From Chloropicon primus (taxonomy: Eukaryota): a DNA stretch of 64,000 nt. Shown one piece after another: positions 10,602-22,049 of the stretch. Below the pieces are notes generated by a model that worked only from the letters and a program-made list of their open reading frames with translations, ran no database searches and had not been told where the DNA came from. Both the position numbers and the translations under genes were made by a program. Location: NCBI GenBank assembly GCA_023205875.1, contig CP060762.1, positions 372,001-436,000 of the forward strand, in the 5' to 3' direction. Numbering within the stretch: position 1 is the first letter of the stretch; the number at the start of each line of letters is the position of its first letter.

Positions 10602-11026
10602 CTTGCACAGATCAGCAAGAAGAGCAAACGAAACCAAGAGCAACACAAAGATCCCACCTTTGTCTACACTCCTCAATCCCAAGCGGCGCGAACCTTCACA
10701 CCTTGGCCCTTCACCTGGTCGCCATCTTTTCCCCTGTCTCTTCAGAACCAAAAAACCAATTTTCAAATTTTTTTCCCTCAACCTCAAGTGGAAATCTTCA
10801 ATATTTCTACATACCAACATTTCCAACAGAGTTCTCGGTCGATTTCGTGGAGAGTGCGGGTCGAGAGGGTCGAAGAGGTTCCGTTCAATCCATAGATCGT
10901 GCTTTTCTCTTTCGTTTCAACCCCTCACTTGCGGAGTTTGACGCCATGTTGAGGATTTGAGGAACTGAAACGTGCAGCTGTCGTGTCACTTTCGCAAGAG
11001 ATCAGTGAGATCAGGACAGGAGAGTT

Positions 11027-11785
11027 GTGTTGGAGGGGAGGAGGGGGCAAAGGCTTCGTAATTTCGGGCGCGTGGGAGTGAAATCACAAGAAACGGTGTC
11101 TCTCGGGCTTTCAGAGGGTACCAAACTTGCCAGGATGACGAAACGGCCGAGGGTCGACGTCCTTCACCTGGTGGGGGATGTCTGGAACGAGGGGGCCAAG
11201 GTCAAGGAAGATTCCTGTCCTGCTTCGGAGAGACGAGGCCAAGCCCTGCAAGTGTACAAGCCGCCTGGATCCTGGATCTGGGGCAGGCTAACGTGCTCCG
11301 AGGAGGAGGAAGGGGCACAAGAAAAGAAGAGGGAAAGCGCGGGAGAGACAAGTCGAGGGACATCTTCTCGTGCACATGAGGTGGGAGCTACGAAGGAGAC
11401 AGGGGGAGCGGAAAGTGCAGCAGATGCGGGGACCCACGGGACGCTTGCGGCGACAAAAAAACCTGCCGCCGCGGAAGGTAGGATGGTTGAGGTGGTCAAG
11501 GAAGAACGTGCTTGCTCGCAGGGCCCAGTGCCAGGAATCAAGGTGAGCGAGGACGAGGGGAAAGGCGTTGCGGCTTCTGAGCCCAGTGGCCCGGCACGCG
11601 TGGAGGTGTGGACCTTACATCTGACAACAGGGGCAAGGGGGTTTTCGCAGTCCTCGGCGAATATCGCTACGGGGGAAGTCACACTCTGGTGCGTCATGGA
11701 CTTGGGCGGGGCAGGGACGACCTGTCTGGGCTCAGGTGGCGAACAAGATATAGCGAAACACTCACTTGCAGATGGACAAGGGTGA
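11027..11785 (+). CDS. Possible hypothetical protein (low complexity, structure uncertain)
   Basis: 252-aa ORF (ATG 11135) with no recognisable motif. A possible 3' exon follows ctcacttgcag at ~11772, but no matching donor was established. Confidence 0.3.
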   Translation: MLEGRRGQRLRNFGRVGVKSQETVSLGLSEGTKLARMTKRPRVDVLHLVGDVWNEGAKVKEDSCPASERRGQALQVYKPPGSWIWGRLTCSEEEEGAQEKKRESAGETSRGTSSRAHEVGATKETGGAESAADAGTHGTLAATKKPAAAEGRMVEVVKEERACSQGPVPGIKVSEDEGKGVAASEPSGPARVEVWTLHLTTGARGFSQSSANIATGEVTLWCVMDLGGAGTTCLGSGGEQDIAKHSLADGQG

Positions 11786-11939
11786 GGTGGCAGTGCTCAT
11801 AATCCAGGAATTTTCGGAGCCTCCTCTGGCGACCTGGGTCTCACGCGTGTACAAACTTGATGTGTCATTGACGGAAGCAAAAAAGCGAGCACTGAGAGAC
11901 ATGCAGAGAGGCATAACCCGATGGGGGTCGTCCACTTAG

Positions 11940-13900
11940 GAAATGTATCTTAGCTAACTTGATCGTCTTACAAGTAGTGCGCAAGAGGCTAGGATGCTAC
12001 CCATTCTTTGTATGCGAAAAAAAAGAGACACCCATATCCTGGCAGCACTGCCAAAACATAAGTGTATGTTTTGGATAATTGCCAATACATCAGCAGGTCT
12101 CTCCGATAAAGTCTGCCGCCCGTGCTACTTGTAAAACAAGAACGCTTCGTGTGATGCTCGTTCTGCTTCCTCTGGCAATAGCTGGAGAAGCATTTAATCA
12201 TCCGCGAAGAGCTCTAAAATAAATGAATATTATTATATTTGACCTCATCTCATCATGCTGTAGGGGTTGCGAATTGTTCTCCTCTAATCTCGGAGCACAT
12301 GTAACATTATATCGAAGCCACTTTACTCGCGGGAGTATCTGTATTAAGCACAATTCTAGACATCCTTTTGCCAATTACAATTTCCTCTTTCTTTCTTCAC
12401 GTTCATACGTGAAGTTATCATGATCTTGGGAGTTGCGTCTTTTTTCAAGCCAATGCCAAAGAAGTTTACTAAATTATTGACAGCACAAGTTTTGGAAAAT
12501 GTATACATAGCTCCCCAGCATTTATGTTATCGACAGCATTATCTTGATTTCTGTCAATGACTCAGAAATTGCATTGCTGTTCGTGACGCAATACAATCAC
12601 TCGCATACAAGCCACAGCCATATTTTAATCAAGGTGACGCGGCGACAGAAGCGCAACCAATATTGTAAGGAGCTTACCATTTTAAGAAAAAAAACATGAT
12701 AAAAACTTACATAAGAAATGAACGAGCTCATATCTTTATTAGCAATGCAGGTCGAAAACATTGTAAGGGTGTGAAGGGTAACAAAATACATAGTAGCAAA
12801 CAATATGAAGTATATTTAAACTAGTTGCTTCAAGTTATGAGTTAGATGGGGCAATGTGCAACAAGCAAATCCTGAATAAGAACAATGCGTTTGATGATTA
12901 AACCATCATTCGATTTATCAATTCTTTACAGAAAGGAAGGGGAGTTAATATGCAACTTGGTAATCACGCAATGGAGTTCAAAGAAACAAACGCGGCAAAA
13001 GTTAATTGTGTAATCGATGCCTATATATTAGGCATTCCATGCTTCTTGTAGATTAATGAATCATTGGAGTTGGTATTTAATACTATTCCTGCACACTTTG
13101 CGTCTCGAACGACCGCCAACGCACGCAAATTGTCTATATTCTGAAACGTACGTGACTAAACCGTTTCTGTAGTTTTCTTACGGCAGAGACCTCATTTTTT
13201 TTAGAAATATCCAACGACATCAACGTTTTTCTTTTCTTATTTTGTATGCAGAAAAAAATAGATATTGGCATTGTTTGTTTTGAAAGGCAGCTTAATCAAG
13301 CTGAATAGCATGTTCAAGTTGAAAGTAACTGATGTATTGTTTTGCATCTGCAGCTGGTTCTCGGCCTTTTTGCAATTAGTTAATGCATAATGCTTGAGGA
13401 AGGAGAGTCAAGTGAACGGATACGATCAGTCTTTTCCTTTCAACTGCATTGTGGCTAACCCTCTCGTTACTTTCAAAAGGTATGTTTTGCGCTTTATAAT
13501 ATTGCAATTTTAAAGCCAATGTAATGTCGATGGGAGTTTGCGTAATCCCCAAAACAGATTAGAGGTGTACGGGCAAAAATGAAGGATGATCCCATGAACA
13601 AGTAAAGTAAGAGTCCGCTGAACGAGAACGCGACATGCATAAATCGACGGACGGACAACTCAAGACGATGCAAGTGAGGTGCGCGATTGATGACGCGTCA
13701 TGCAATCGTGAATTCGTTCGCGCGCTTCCAGGTCTTCTCTGCTACGATTTTTACGCCTGCAGCGATGGTGAAAGAGGGTCCGCCGCGAAGAGACTGCCAC
13801 CGCGAAAAATTCTTAGGGACTAAAATGCATACTACCGAGTAAGGCGGTCAGTCAAGACTTGGTTTAGGTAATATTGACATGGCGTTGATGCCAACGCGTT
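11940..13900. other. AT-rich non-coding island
   Basis: Hand-counted 60-nt lines give 25-30% GC (lines at 12781 and 12181) against clearly GC-rich flanking genes; no ORF above ~70 aa. Confidence 0.85.
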
Positions 13901-14330
13901 GTTCTTTCTGTTGTTCCCCGTGAAAATTTATTTTCCGACCTTTTCCTCCAACGCTGCGGCGGCTTGAATCAACGTTGAAGCAAATTTTCCACCTTTCGTT
14001 CGGCAACACGAGAGCCAATGCGTCCAAGGATCCCTGTTTTCATCTCTCTCTCTCTCTGCTTGTCGTGGTTCATTAGCACCTCCAACTCTTGCTTCTCTCT
14101 CATTTTTGATTTCTCACCATGGCATCGGCGTGAAGAGGGTGTCCCTACACCGGTTGTTCACCTTGTTGAGGGACCTCCTCCCTCCCTCCCTCCTCCCATC
14201 GTTCGTCTTCCTTGCCCCCAACCAAATATCTGTTTGAGGATCTGGGGACTCTTCATCCAACGGTGACGCGGGCCGAGGGCGGAGGAACGGAACGCTCGGG
14301 CACGTGACGGTTTCTGGCCTTGTAAGGAGG

Positions 14331-16597
14331 ATGAGGGGAGGCATGCACGCGGCAGGGTCGCCGAGGGCGTCGCTGCCCTCGTCCTTTGCTCAAGGGAAGA
14401 GGGCAAACTTTTCTTGTGGACCGACGAGGACCTCCTTCGCTCATCAACAACAACAACATCATCATCTTCATCAACTGAACAAAAAAACAAAGAGGAGAAC
14501 GAGGGTAAGCGAAGCAACCTGCTCTTTGTGGCCGAGATCGTGTGCTCTTGTACTGACGGGCCCCTCTCTGTTCGTTTCCGTGTTCGCGTTTTGGCCTTGC
14601 AGGTGTTCGCTCAAGCGGCGGAGAGCTCAGCGGAGAGGACGGCCCTCCTGATAGAGTTCGACAACGACAGCGATGCGGGGGCCACGATAGTGAGCATAGA
14701 GGGGGAGAACCAGTCGGACCTTCTCGTCAGTGTGACGGGAGCCTTCAGTGCGTTGGACCTGACGGTGCTGGATGCCATGATAAAGACGGAGGAGGGCCGA
14801 GTCATGGACGTCTTTCGGGTGACGACGGGGCAGGGGGAGCAGATAGAGGAGGTGGACTGGAGTTCGGTGAGGCAGCACGTGCTTTCGGCGTGCAGCAACT
14901 CCAGCAGGAGCAGCAAGCCGGCCATCTATGGAGTTGCAGCGGAGTCCGAGGAGACCAAGCAGCGCCCAATGTCGGTCGCGAACTCCATCGTTGAGGCGGA
15001 GCTGTCGAACATCGAGAACACGGCGACCGAGCTCGAGGCGGCCGCCAAGGACATGCAGCAGTCCGCCGCGGACCTCGTGAAGATCGAGCAGGAGCTTGCG
15101 TCGACCAAGATGGCCGCGAGCGCCGTTGCGGTGGACGGGGAGGGGAACATGAACGCGGAGTACGGGGTGGACGCCCAGCAGGTGATGGCCCAGCTGTCGG
15201 CCAGGGCAGAGGCTGCTGCGATTCTGGAGAGACGGATGGCGGCCATGGAGGCGCTCCTTTCCGCCAGGAGGAGCCCAGAGGGCCTTTCGGTGACCGGCCC
15301 CTCGAGCCAGAGGGGAGGTGGCGCCGAGGGGCGCTTCCTTGTCAGCGGAGGCACGGGAACCGGCCCAGCGGCGGGCTCGGGGTACGAGATCATCCTGCAG
15401 GCCTTCAACTGGGAAAGTTGCAAGCAAAACTGGTACAAGGTCTTGGTGGAGCAGGCTTCCGAGTTTGCGGAGGCTGGCTTCACGGCCCTGTGGCTCCCGC
15501 CACCAACCGACAGCGTGAGCCCCCAGGGGTACCTGCCAAGGGACCTGTACTGCCTTGACAGCCAGTACGGAAACGAAGCGGAGCTCCGAGAGCTCGTGAA
15601 GGTCATACAGTCCAAGGGGCTGAAAGCGGTGGCCGACATTGTAATTAACCACAGGTGCGCCCACTACCAGGACGACCAGGGCAGGTGGAACAAGTTTGGT
15701 GGGCGGCTGGCTTGGGATAACAGAGCCATCTGCTCGAACAACAAGCAGTTCGGAGGCACGGGGAACCTTGACTCAGGTGATGACTACGAGGCGGCCCCGA
15801 ACATCGACCACACCCAAGAGTTCGTGCAGAAGGACCTCCTCGGCTGGTTGAACTACCTGAAGAAGTCGATTGGGTTCAACGGCTGGAGGTTTGACTACGT
15901 CAAGGGTTACGGTGGGAAGTTCACGAGGCAGTACATCGATGGCTCCGTGCCTGAGCTTGCGATCGGGGAGTTTTGGGACTCGTGCGATTACACCGATGGA
16001 GTGCTGGATTACAACCAGGACAAGCACAGGCAGCGGACGGTGGACTGGTGCGATCAGACGGGGGGGACCTCAGCCGCTTTTGACTTCACGACAAAAGGCA
16101 TTCTTCAGGAGGCGGTTGGAAGGAACGAGAGGTGGAGACTGGTCGACGCCGAGGGAAGGCCGCCAGGAGTGGTCGGCATTTGGCCCTCGAGGGCGGTCAC
16201 CTTCATCGAGAACCACGACACTGGTTCAACCCTTGGGCACTGGCCCTTCCCTTACCACGGGCTGCACGAGGGCTACGCCTACATCTTGACTCACCCGGGT
16301 ACACCCTGCGTGTTTTATGACCACTATTTTCAGGCCGACAACGGCTTGGGGGACGCGATCAAGAAGCTGCTGAAGATACGCAAACAGTTTGGGATCCACT
16401 CAAGGAGCAAGGTGAAGGTCATGCAGGCCGTGGCGGAGTGCTACGCCGCGAACGTGGACGACAAGGTCACGGTGAAGATTGGCCCTGGGGACTTCACGCC
16501 AAACGCCGACGGGAAAAGCGAGTGGGTCTTGTGCTGCAGCGGGCCAAGCTTTGCTGTTTGGCACAAGCAGGGCGCCATGGTCTTCTCGAATCCCTGA
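14331..16597 (+). CDS. Plastid alpha-amylase (GH13) with N-terminal ACT domain
   Basis: join(14331..14504,14603..16597), GTAAG..TGCAG phase-0 intron. GH13 motifs ADIVINHR, GWRFDYVKG, IGEFWD, FIENHD; ACT-like segment IEFDNDSDAGATIVSIEGENQSDLL..DVFRVT. Confidence 0.9.
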
Positions 16598-16758
16598 GTA
16601 GGACCCTCAGTGCCGGGTGATGGGGAGGGGGGTTGCAAGAATTCTCTCCAAAAAAAGAAAAAGAAGAAAAACTATTTCGTTTTTCGGGCTACGCAGTATA
16701 AAAACCGTTACGTAACGGTTGTTTTTAGTTCAACCACCATTCTTTCTTTCGACGATTT

Positions 16759-18087
16759 TCACAGCTTCGCCGGGTACATGTGCCTCCTGAGATGCGAGGC
16801 CACGCCCTTGAGGCTCTCCTTGGCGTACCCCACCTTCCTGTACAAGTAAATGATTCCGTGGTGCGCCCTCCACTCCTCCAGGCACACGCTCACGCCGCTC
16901 TCCTTCAGGCGCCTGGCGTACTCCCTTCCCTCGTCCCTCAGGACGTCAAAGTGGCACAGGCCAAAGTAAGCCGGCGGGAGGTCCCTCAGGACGTGGTCCT
17001 CCGCCACCAGCGGCGAGACGGTCACGTCCAGGCCGTCCTTGTCGGGGCCGAGGTAAGCATTCCTGAAATAAATCATGGACTTGAAGGGCATCGTGTAGTA
17101 GTCTTCCTTGCCGAACTCCTCGATGGACTTGAAGCCCGGCCTCCTGGGCCCCAAGTAGGTCGAGGGGAAGAGCAGAAGCTGGAAGCAGGGCTTCACTTGG
17201 AACTTCCTGGCCAGGGCTTGCTGGGCGAGGACGGCGGCGATGGAGCCCCCCGCGCTGTCCCCCCCAACAGCGATCTTGGAAGAGTCCCAGCCCCTCTCCT
17301 CCGCGTGGTCGACCACCCACTGGAAGCAAGAGACCGCGTCCTCGATCGCCGCCGGGTGAGGGTTCTCCGGAGCCAACCTGTAGTCCACGGAGATGACGAC
17401 GCACTTGGACCAGTGGCAGACGTGGGTCAGCCAGCCCTCCACGGTGTTCAGGTTCCCGATCACAAAGCCGCCGCCGTGGAAGTACAGGAGCACCGGGAGC
17501 GGGACGTGGCTCCCCACGAGTTCCTCGGGCGTGTACACCCTCACGTTCAACCAAGCCTTCCCCCCGCCCCTCCCCCCCCCCGCGGGAATGCTGACGTTCT
17601 CCGCCTTGACCTTCCTGTGCATCGGCTGCCTCAGCCACCTCTCGAACCACCTCCTGGCCTTGTTGACGTCCTTCCTCATCGCCTCCACGACGTCAAAGTT
17701 CCTCTCCTCCCTCACGAGGCGGCCAATCTCCAGCACGATCTGCGTCTGGGTCTCGAGCTCCACCCCCTCCGCGCTCCTCCGCCTCCCGTAGAACAGGTCC
17801 ACCAGGGGCCCCCCCGCGCTCAAGGGGAGGCCGTACAGGAACACCAGGGCAGCCATCTCGCACTTCCTCCTCAGGCTCACGAACACCTTGCCGAAGCAGG
17901 ACGGGGACGAGGAGCTCGAGGAGGTCGAGGTCGACCGAGAAGACAGGAGGACCTTGTCGGACCTCTCCGTGGACTCCTCGCTCGAGATCCCGCCGCTGCT
18001 GCCGCCGCCGCCGCCGCCATGGTGGTGGTGGTCGTGGTGATCACTCAGGTGGCGACCAGTCGGAGTCTTCTGCCTCCCCTTGCCCAT
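16759..18087 (-). CDS. Carboxylesterase/lipase, alpha/beta hydrolase (HSL-like family)
   Basis: HGGGF oxyanion motif, VDYRLAPE, GDSAGG nucleophile, DVLRDEG, C-terminal His. Confidence 0.92.
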   Translation of the reverse strand: MGKGRQKTPTGRHLSDHHDHHHHGGGGGGSSGGISSEESTERSDKVLLSSRSTSTSSSSSSPSCFGKVFVSLRRKCEMAALVFLYGLPLSAGGPLVDLFYGRRRSAEGVELETQTQIVLEIGRLVREERNFDVVEAMRKDVNKARRWFERWLRQPMHRKVKAENVSIPAGGGRGGGKAWLNVRVYTPEELVGSHVPLPVLLYFHGGGFVIGNLNTVEGWLTHVCHWSKCVVISVDYRLAPENPHPAAIEDAVSCFQWVVDHAEERGWDSSKIAVGGDSAGGSIAAVLAQQALARKFQVKPCFQLLLFPSTYLGPRRPGFKSIEEFGKEDYYTMPFKSMIYFRNAYLGPDKDGLDVTVSPLVAEDHVLRDLPPAYFGLCHFDVLRDEGREYARRLKESGVSVCLEEWRAHHGIIYLYRKVGYAKESLKGVASHLRRHMYPAKL

Positions 18088-18905
18088 TCTCCGATACCTT
18101 TGTCGATGAGGACGAGGATGAGGACGCGACGTGACGTGACGTGATGCGTTGCGCGCGTGCGTCCCGGTCTCAACGCGTTAGGCAAAGAGGGAGAAGGCGT
18201 TACGACTAAATGGACTCGACAGTAACGTCCGGAACACCGACTCACTCGCTTGGTCTCCCCGTGTGTGTGTGTGTCACGCACGCTGCGACATCCACGAGAC
18301 AGAGGGGTGCGTTTCAGTGTCTAACATCCTCAAAATCACGCCAATCCTTACGATTGAGGTATCCACAGAACGATTGAGAGACGCTCCGTTTGTTTTTGTT
18401 TACTCTTTCTCTCCCCGACGACCACTTCTCTCTCCCTCACTCCCCCGAAAGAGCGCAACTCACTCACCTCCAGTCGCCAGTCGAGCGCTTCCCCCCGAAC
18501 TTCGATGGTTTTCGACAAATTTCATATTTGAATTTTCCCTTGAACATTTCGACGAGCGACGTCACTCAGAAATGTAAGACTAAACAGACCTCCAGAGTTG
18601 AAATGCCCAGCTTGGAGGAATTCCACCAATCGCAAATTTCCCACTACTTTAAGATAAGAAAATTATCTTTTGAATTTCTCTTGAGCACGTGTTTGGCGAC
18701 GCGACTGGAGCAGGACTCGGCGAGCAGAGCAGAGGTCCATCCCTCCATCGCTTCGGCCTCCTCCTCCTCTTCCGCGTTCTCCTTCCCGGTGCACTGCCGC
18801 CGCTCTCTTCGCGTTTGGGAGTTCTGTTCGGCATCTTGGAGACGGTTTGGGTTTTTGATTGGGTAGGTGGTGTGTGTGCCACCTCAGAGAGATCCTCAGT
18901 GGGGG

Positions 18906-20219
18906 ATGAGGATGACGACGACGACTACGCGACGCGTGGGGAGGGCGGCCTTCCCTTGGTTCCCTTCCACCGCGAGGCGGTTACGAGGGTCGGTCCCTCG
19001 CTCGCGCTGCCGGGCCACGACGAGGGCGAAGCAGCCGACGGGATACGGTGGCTACTGGGAGGGCAGCAGCAGGAGGATGACTTGGCAGGACTCGTCCCCG
19101 TCCTCGTCGATCCCGCCGGCCAGCACCAACAGCAGCAGCAACAGCAGCAGCAGAAGCAGCGGCGGCGGCGGCGGGGGAAAGCAGCCGCCGTACTCCAAGT
19201 GCTTCACGGACCTGAGCGCCCTGCCGGATGGCCTGATCTCCTTGAAGAAGTCCCTCGAGCTGGACGGCGTCGCTCTCGCCATTGTGAACTTCGCTCCCGG
19301 GCAGGGGTACACCTTCACGCACAGCCACGACTTCCAGGAGGAGATCTACGTCTGCGTCCAGGGTAGGGGCCTGATGCAGCTGGACGGGGAGGTGCTCGGC
19401 ATGGAGCCCGGGGACGTCGTGAGGGTGTCGCCGGAGACGAGGAGGTCGGTGTACGCGACCGGGAGACTGGGGGGGACGGGCTACTCGATGAACCGCGTCC
19501 AGCTCCAGGAGCACTTCGTGCTTTACGTGTTCGGTGCGAGGCCCTCCGACGTGGAGGACGGCGCCCCCCACTACGACGACATCCCTTCGTGGTTCGCGGA
19601 CAAGGCTGGAATCTGGGAGAGGAACCAGATGCTCAAGGAGCGGTACGACAGGATGAACGTCTACAACGAGACCAACAACAACACGGAGAGGCGGAGGAGC
19701 ACGGACGAGCTCCACAGGACCAAGTTCATGGACGAACTGACCCGAAACGACGACGGGGAGGCCGCCACGACGTCGTCGTCGTCCGCCCACCAGCTCCTCG
19801 TGTCCTCCGTCCTCGTGGACTCCGAGAGGAAGAAGGTTCTCGTTTCCAGGTCCCCTGGCGACCCGGAGGGCAAAGGGTGGGAGATACCCGGAGGGGAGGT
19901 CGCCGACGACGAGATCGCGGAGGAGGCCCTTTCCAGGGAGCTCAAGAAGCAGCTCGGCGTCGAAGCCCACCTGGAGAGTTTCGAGTCCTTCGCCTTCAGC
20001 ACCACGAGGAGGCAGAGCGATGGTGTCCAGCTCGTGCACCTTGTCTACACCTGCAACGACTGGTTCGGCGAGCCCAAGGGGCTGAAGGGCCAGGAGGTGA
20101 GCTGGCTCCCCTTGTCCCAGCTCAAGGGGGGTGACGCGAGCCCCCTGTTGCGCCAGGTGGCCGCGAAAATCAAGCCTCTCTTGAGGCACAAGGCGAACAA
20201 GAAGGAAGTCTCCGGGTAG
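18906..20219 (+). CDS. Cupin plus MutT-like Nudix fusion protein, organelle-targeted
   Basis: Cupin motif HSHDFQEEIYVCVQGRG..GDVVRVSP; C-terminal MutT fold WEIPGG..RELKKQLGV..EPKGLKGQEVSW; Arg/Ser/Thr-rich presequence. Confidence 0.8.
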   Translation: MRMTTTTTRRVGRAAFPWFPSTARRLRGSVPRSRCRATTRAKQPTGYGGYWEGSSRRMTWQDSSPSSSIPPASTNSSSNSSSRSSGGGGGGKQPPYSKCFTDLSALPDGLISLKKSLELDGVALAIVNFAPGQGYTFTHSHDFQEEIYVCVQGRGLMQLDGEVLGMEPGDVVRVSPETRRSVYATGRLGGTGYSMNRVQLQEHFVLYVFGARPSDVEDGAPHYDDIPSWFADKAGIWERNQMLKERYDRMNVYNETNNNTERRRSTDELHRTKFMDELTRNDDGEAATTSSSSAHQLLVSSVLVDSERKKVLVSRSPGDPEGKGWEIPGGEVADDEIAEEALSRELKKQLGVEAHLESFESFAFSTTRRQSDGVQLVHLVYTCNDWFGEPKGLKGQEVSWLPLSQLKGGDASPLLRQVAAKIKPLLRHKANKKEVSG

Positions 20220-20598
20220 ATTAGGATTCGCCGCTGGACCGCTCCAGTTTTTAAGATTCACGGCAATAAAACCCCAATTGTGGGTGCTCATTTTCATTCA
20301 TCTCTTTTCTCAGTTCTTCCCCAAGGCCCCGTTGTCGCCATCGTCGTCGTTCCTTCCCCTCCTCCGGCCTCGACGCCCTGATCCAAGAACCAAGGTCAGA
20401 GACAGAAAGGGACGACGGCAAGAAGAGAGAGAGAGAGAGAGAGATCCCAGCATTCCTCCTTTCGATGCACCACACCGTTGCACGCCAATTCTTGTTCCAT
20501 CTTCAATCTTCAATCGCACCCTCACCTCACCTCCAGGTGTCCCTCCCTCCCCCGGTCATGGAGAGCAGGGAAGCCGAGGAGGCGGCGGTTGCAGAGCT

Positions 20599-21273
20599 AT
20601 GACAGCGAGAACGCGAAGGAACGCCGGAGGGGCGACGACGTCGCGGGGAGGGAACAACGAGGTTGAGGACCAGTCGCCCGCGGCAGAGCTCCTGGCCGCT
20701 GTGAAGAAGAGGAAGGAAGAACAAGCGGGTGGACTAAGAGGTGGAGAGGATGCGGCGGAAGGCATCGAGTGGCGTTCGACCTGGAAGCCCTCGACCGGCC
20801 TTCCGGGTGCACTGGACGCGGCTACTGCGGCGAAAGAGAGCTTCGAGGTCCTCCTCAAGTCCCGCAATGAGGAGTCCTTCCGCCGCCAGAAAGCCATCAA
20901 GGCCCACGCCGAGATCCCGGAGCAGGAGATCACTCCGGAAGTGAAGCGTGACTTCAGACTCCTCAAGCTTCGTGGCGTGATGGATCCCAAGAGGTTCTAC
21001 AAGGGCTCGGACGAGCGCAAGATTCCGAAGCGGTTCCAGTGGGGGCGAGTGATCGAAGGACCGACGGAGTTCTACTCCAGCAGGATGACGAAAAAGGAGA
21101 GGAAGCAGACGCTGACGGAGGAGATATTGGCAGACAATGCTGTCACGACGTACAGGAAACGAAAGTTCGGGGAGCTTCAGGCCGAGGCAAGGAAGAGTGC
21201 CACCCGACAAGGAAGCAAGCAGCCCAAGAGGAAGCCTCGGAAGAGGACCAGCCACAAGGGCTACAGGGGGTAA
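20599..21273 (+). CDS. FCF2: Fcf2 pre-rRNA processing protein
   Basis: EITPEVKRDFRLLKLRGVMDPKRFYK..FQWGRVIEGPTEFYSSRMTKKERKQTLTEEIL is the Fcf2 domain. Confidence 0.92.
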   Translation: MTARTRRNAGGATTSRGGNNEVEDQSPAAELLAAVKKRKEEQAGGLRGGEDAAEGIEWRSTWKPSTGLPGALDAATAAKESFEVLLKSRNEESFRRQKAIKAHAEIPEQEITPEVKRDFRLLKLRGVMDPKRFYKGSDERKIPKRFQWGRVIEGPTEFYSSRMTKKERKQTLTEEILADNAVTTYRKRKFGELQAEARKSATRQGSKQPKRKPRKRTSHKGYRG

Positions 21274-21413
21274 GGGCCAAGCTCGCTGCCGCTTGCCCGC
21301 GGAAACGGACGCGCAAGCTGGTGTTGACGTTGTTGACGGGATACAGGCCTACTCTATAATTGTAGTACAAACGGAGAAGAAAAATAGTATTCTTATCGAA
21401 CGCACCAGGCGTT

Positions 21414-22049
21414 TCACCGTGGCACATCACTGGAGCCAGCGTTGTCGTTCTCGGCCCTCCTCCGCCGGAAGAATTCCTTGAGAAGGAGGGAGCACTCCTC
21501 CTCCAGGACGTTCCTCGACACTTGCACGGACAAGTGATACGGATGCTTCGTCTCCCCTGAGCCCCTCAACAGGCTTATCCAAGACCCATCCGCGCCGAGC
21601 TGCTTGTTCGGTGCCCCCCAAACGACACGGCCCACCCTGGACTGCAGAAGAGCCCCGACACACATCGGGCAAGGCTCAAGGGTCACGAAAAGCGTCGTGT
21701 CCAGGAGGCGCCAGGACTCCTGGGACTTGGAAGCCTTCCTCAAGCAAAGCATCTCCGCGTGGTTTGTCGGGTCGTTCGTCGTCTCCACCGTGTTGTGGGC
21801 CCTCGCGATGACGTCGCCGTGAGAGTCAATCATGACGGCGCCCACCGGAACCTCTCCCTTGTCCCGCGCCTTCTCTGCCTCCTCCAGCGCCAGCCACATG
21901 TAGTGCTCGTCATCCTCGCGAGGTGATGAGCGAACCTCGCGGAGAGAGGGGTGCCTCCGTCGCAGCGCCGTTCGGACCGGTCGCGCAATCCCCAAAGGCC
22001 GAAGGAGGAGGGCCACGCCACCCCGTCCAACCCGCGCCATGCCGAACAT
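21414..22049 (-). CDS. tadA: tRNA adenosine(34) deaminase, organellar TadA type
   Basis: GEVPVGAV, DPTNHAEM, TLEPCPMC zinc motifs, FFRRRR tail; N-terminal presequence. Confidence 0.9.
   Translation of the reverse strand: MFGMARVGRGGVALLLRPLGIARPVRTALRRRHPSLREVRSSPREDDEHYMWLALEEAEKARDKGEVPVGAVMIDSHGDVIARAHNTVETTNDPTNHAEMLCLRKASKSQESWRLLDTTLFVTLEPCPMCVGALLQSRVGRVVWGAPNKQLGADGSWISLLRGSGETKHPYHLSVQVSRNVLEEECSLLLKEFFRRRRAENDNAGSSDVPR

Noticed and set aside
8571..10895. Long antisense or shadow ORFs (also 16780-18144, 22375-23796, 24929-26587, 59137-60609, 62239-63765)
   Set aside because: They mirror real genes codon for codon, as expected from high-GC3 codon usage, and carry no motifs.
13357..13372. 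ttctcggcctttt resembling the 5' end of U2 snRNA
   Set aside because: Similarity stops after 13 nt; no GTGTAGTA branch-pairing region follows.
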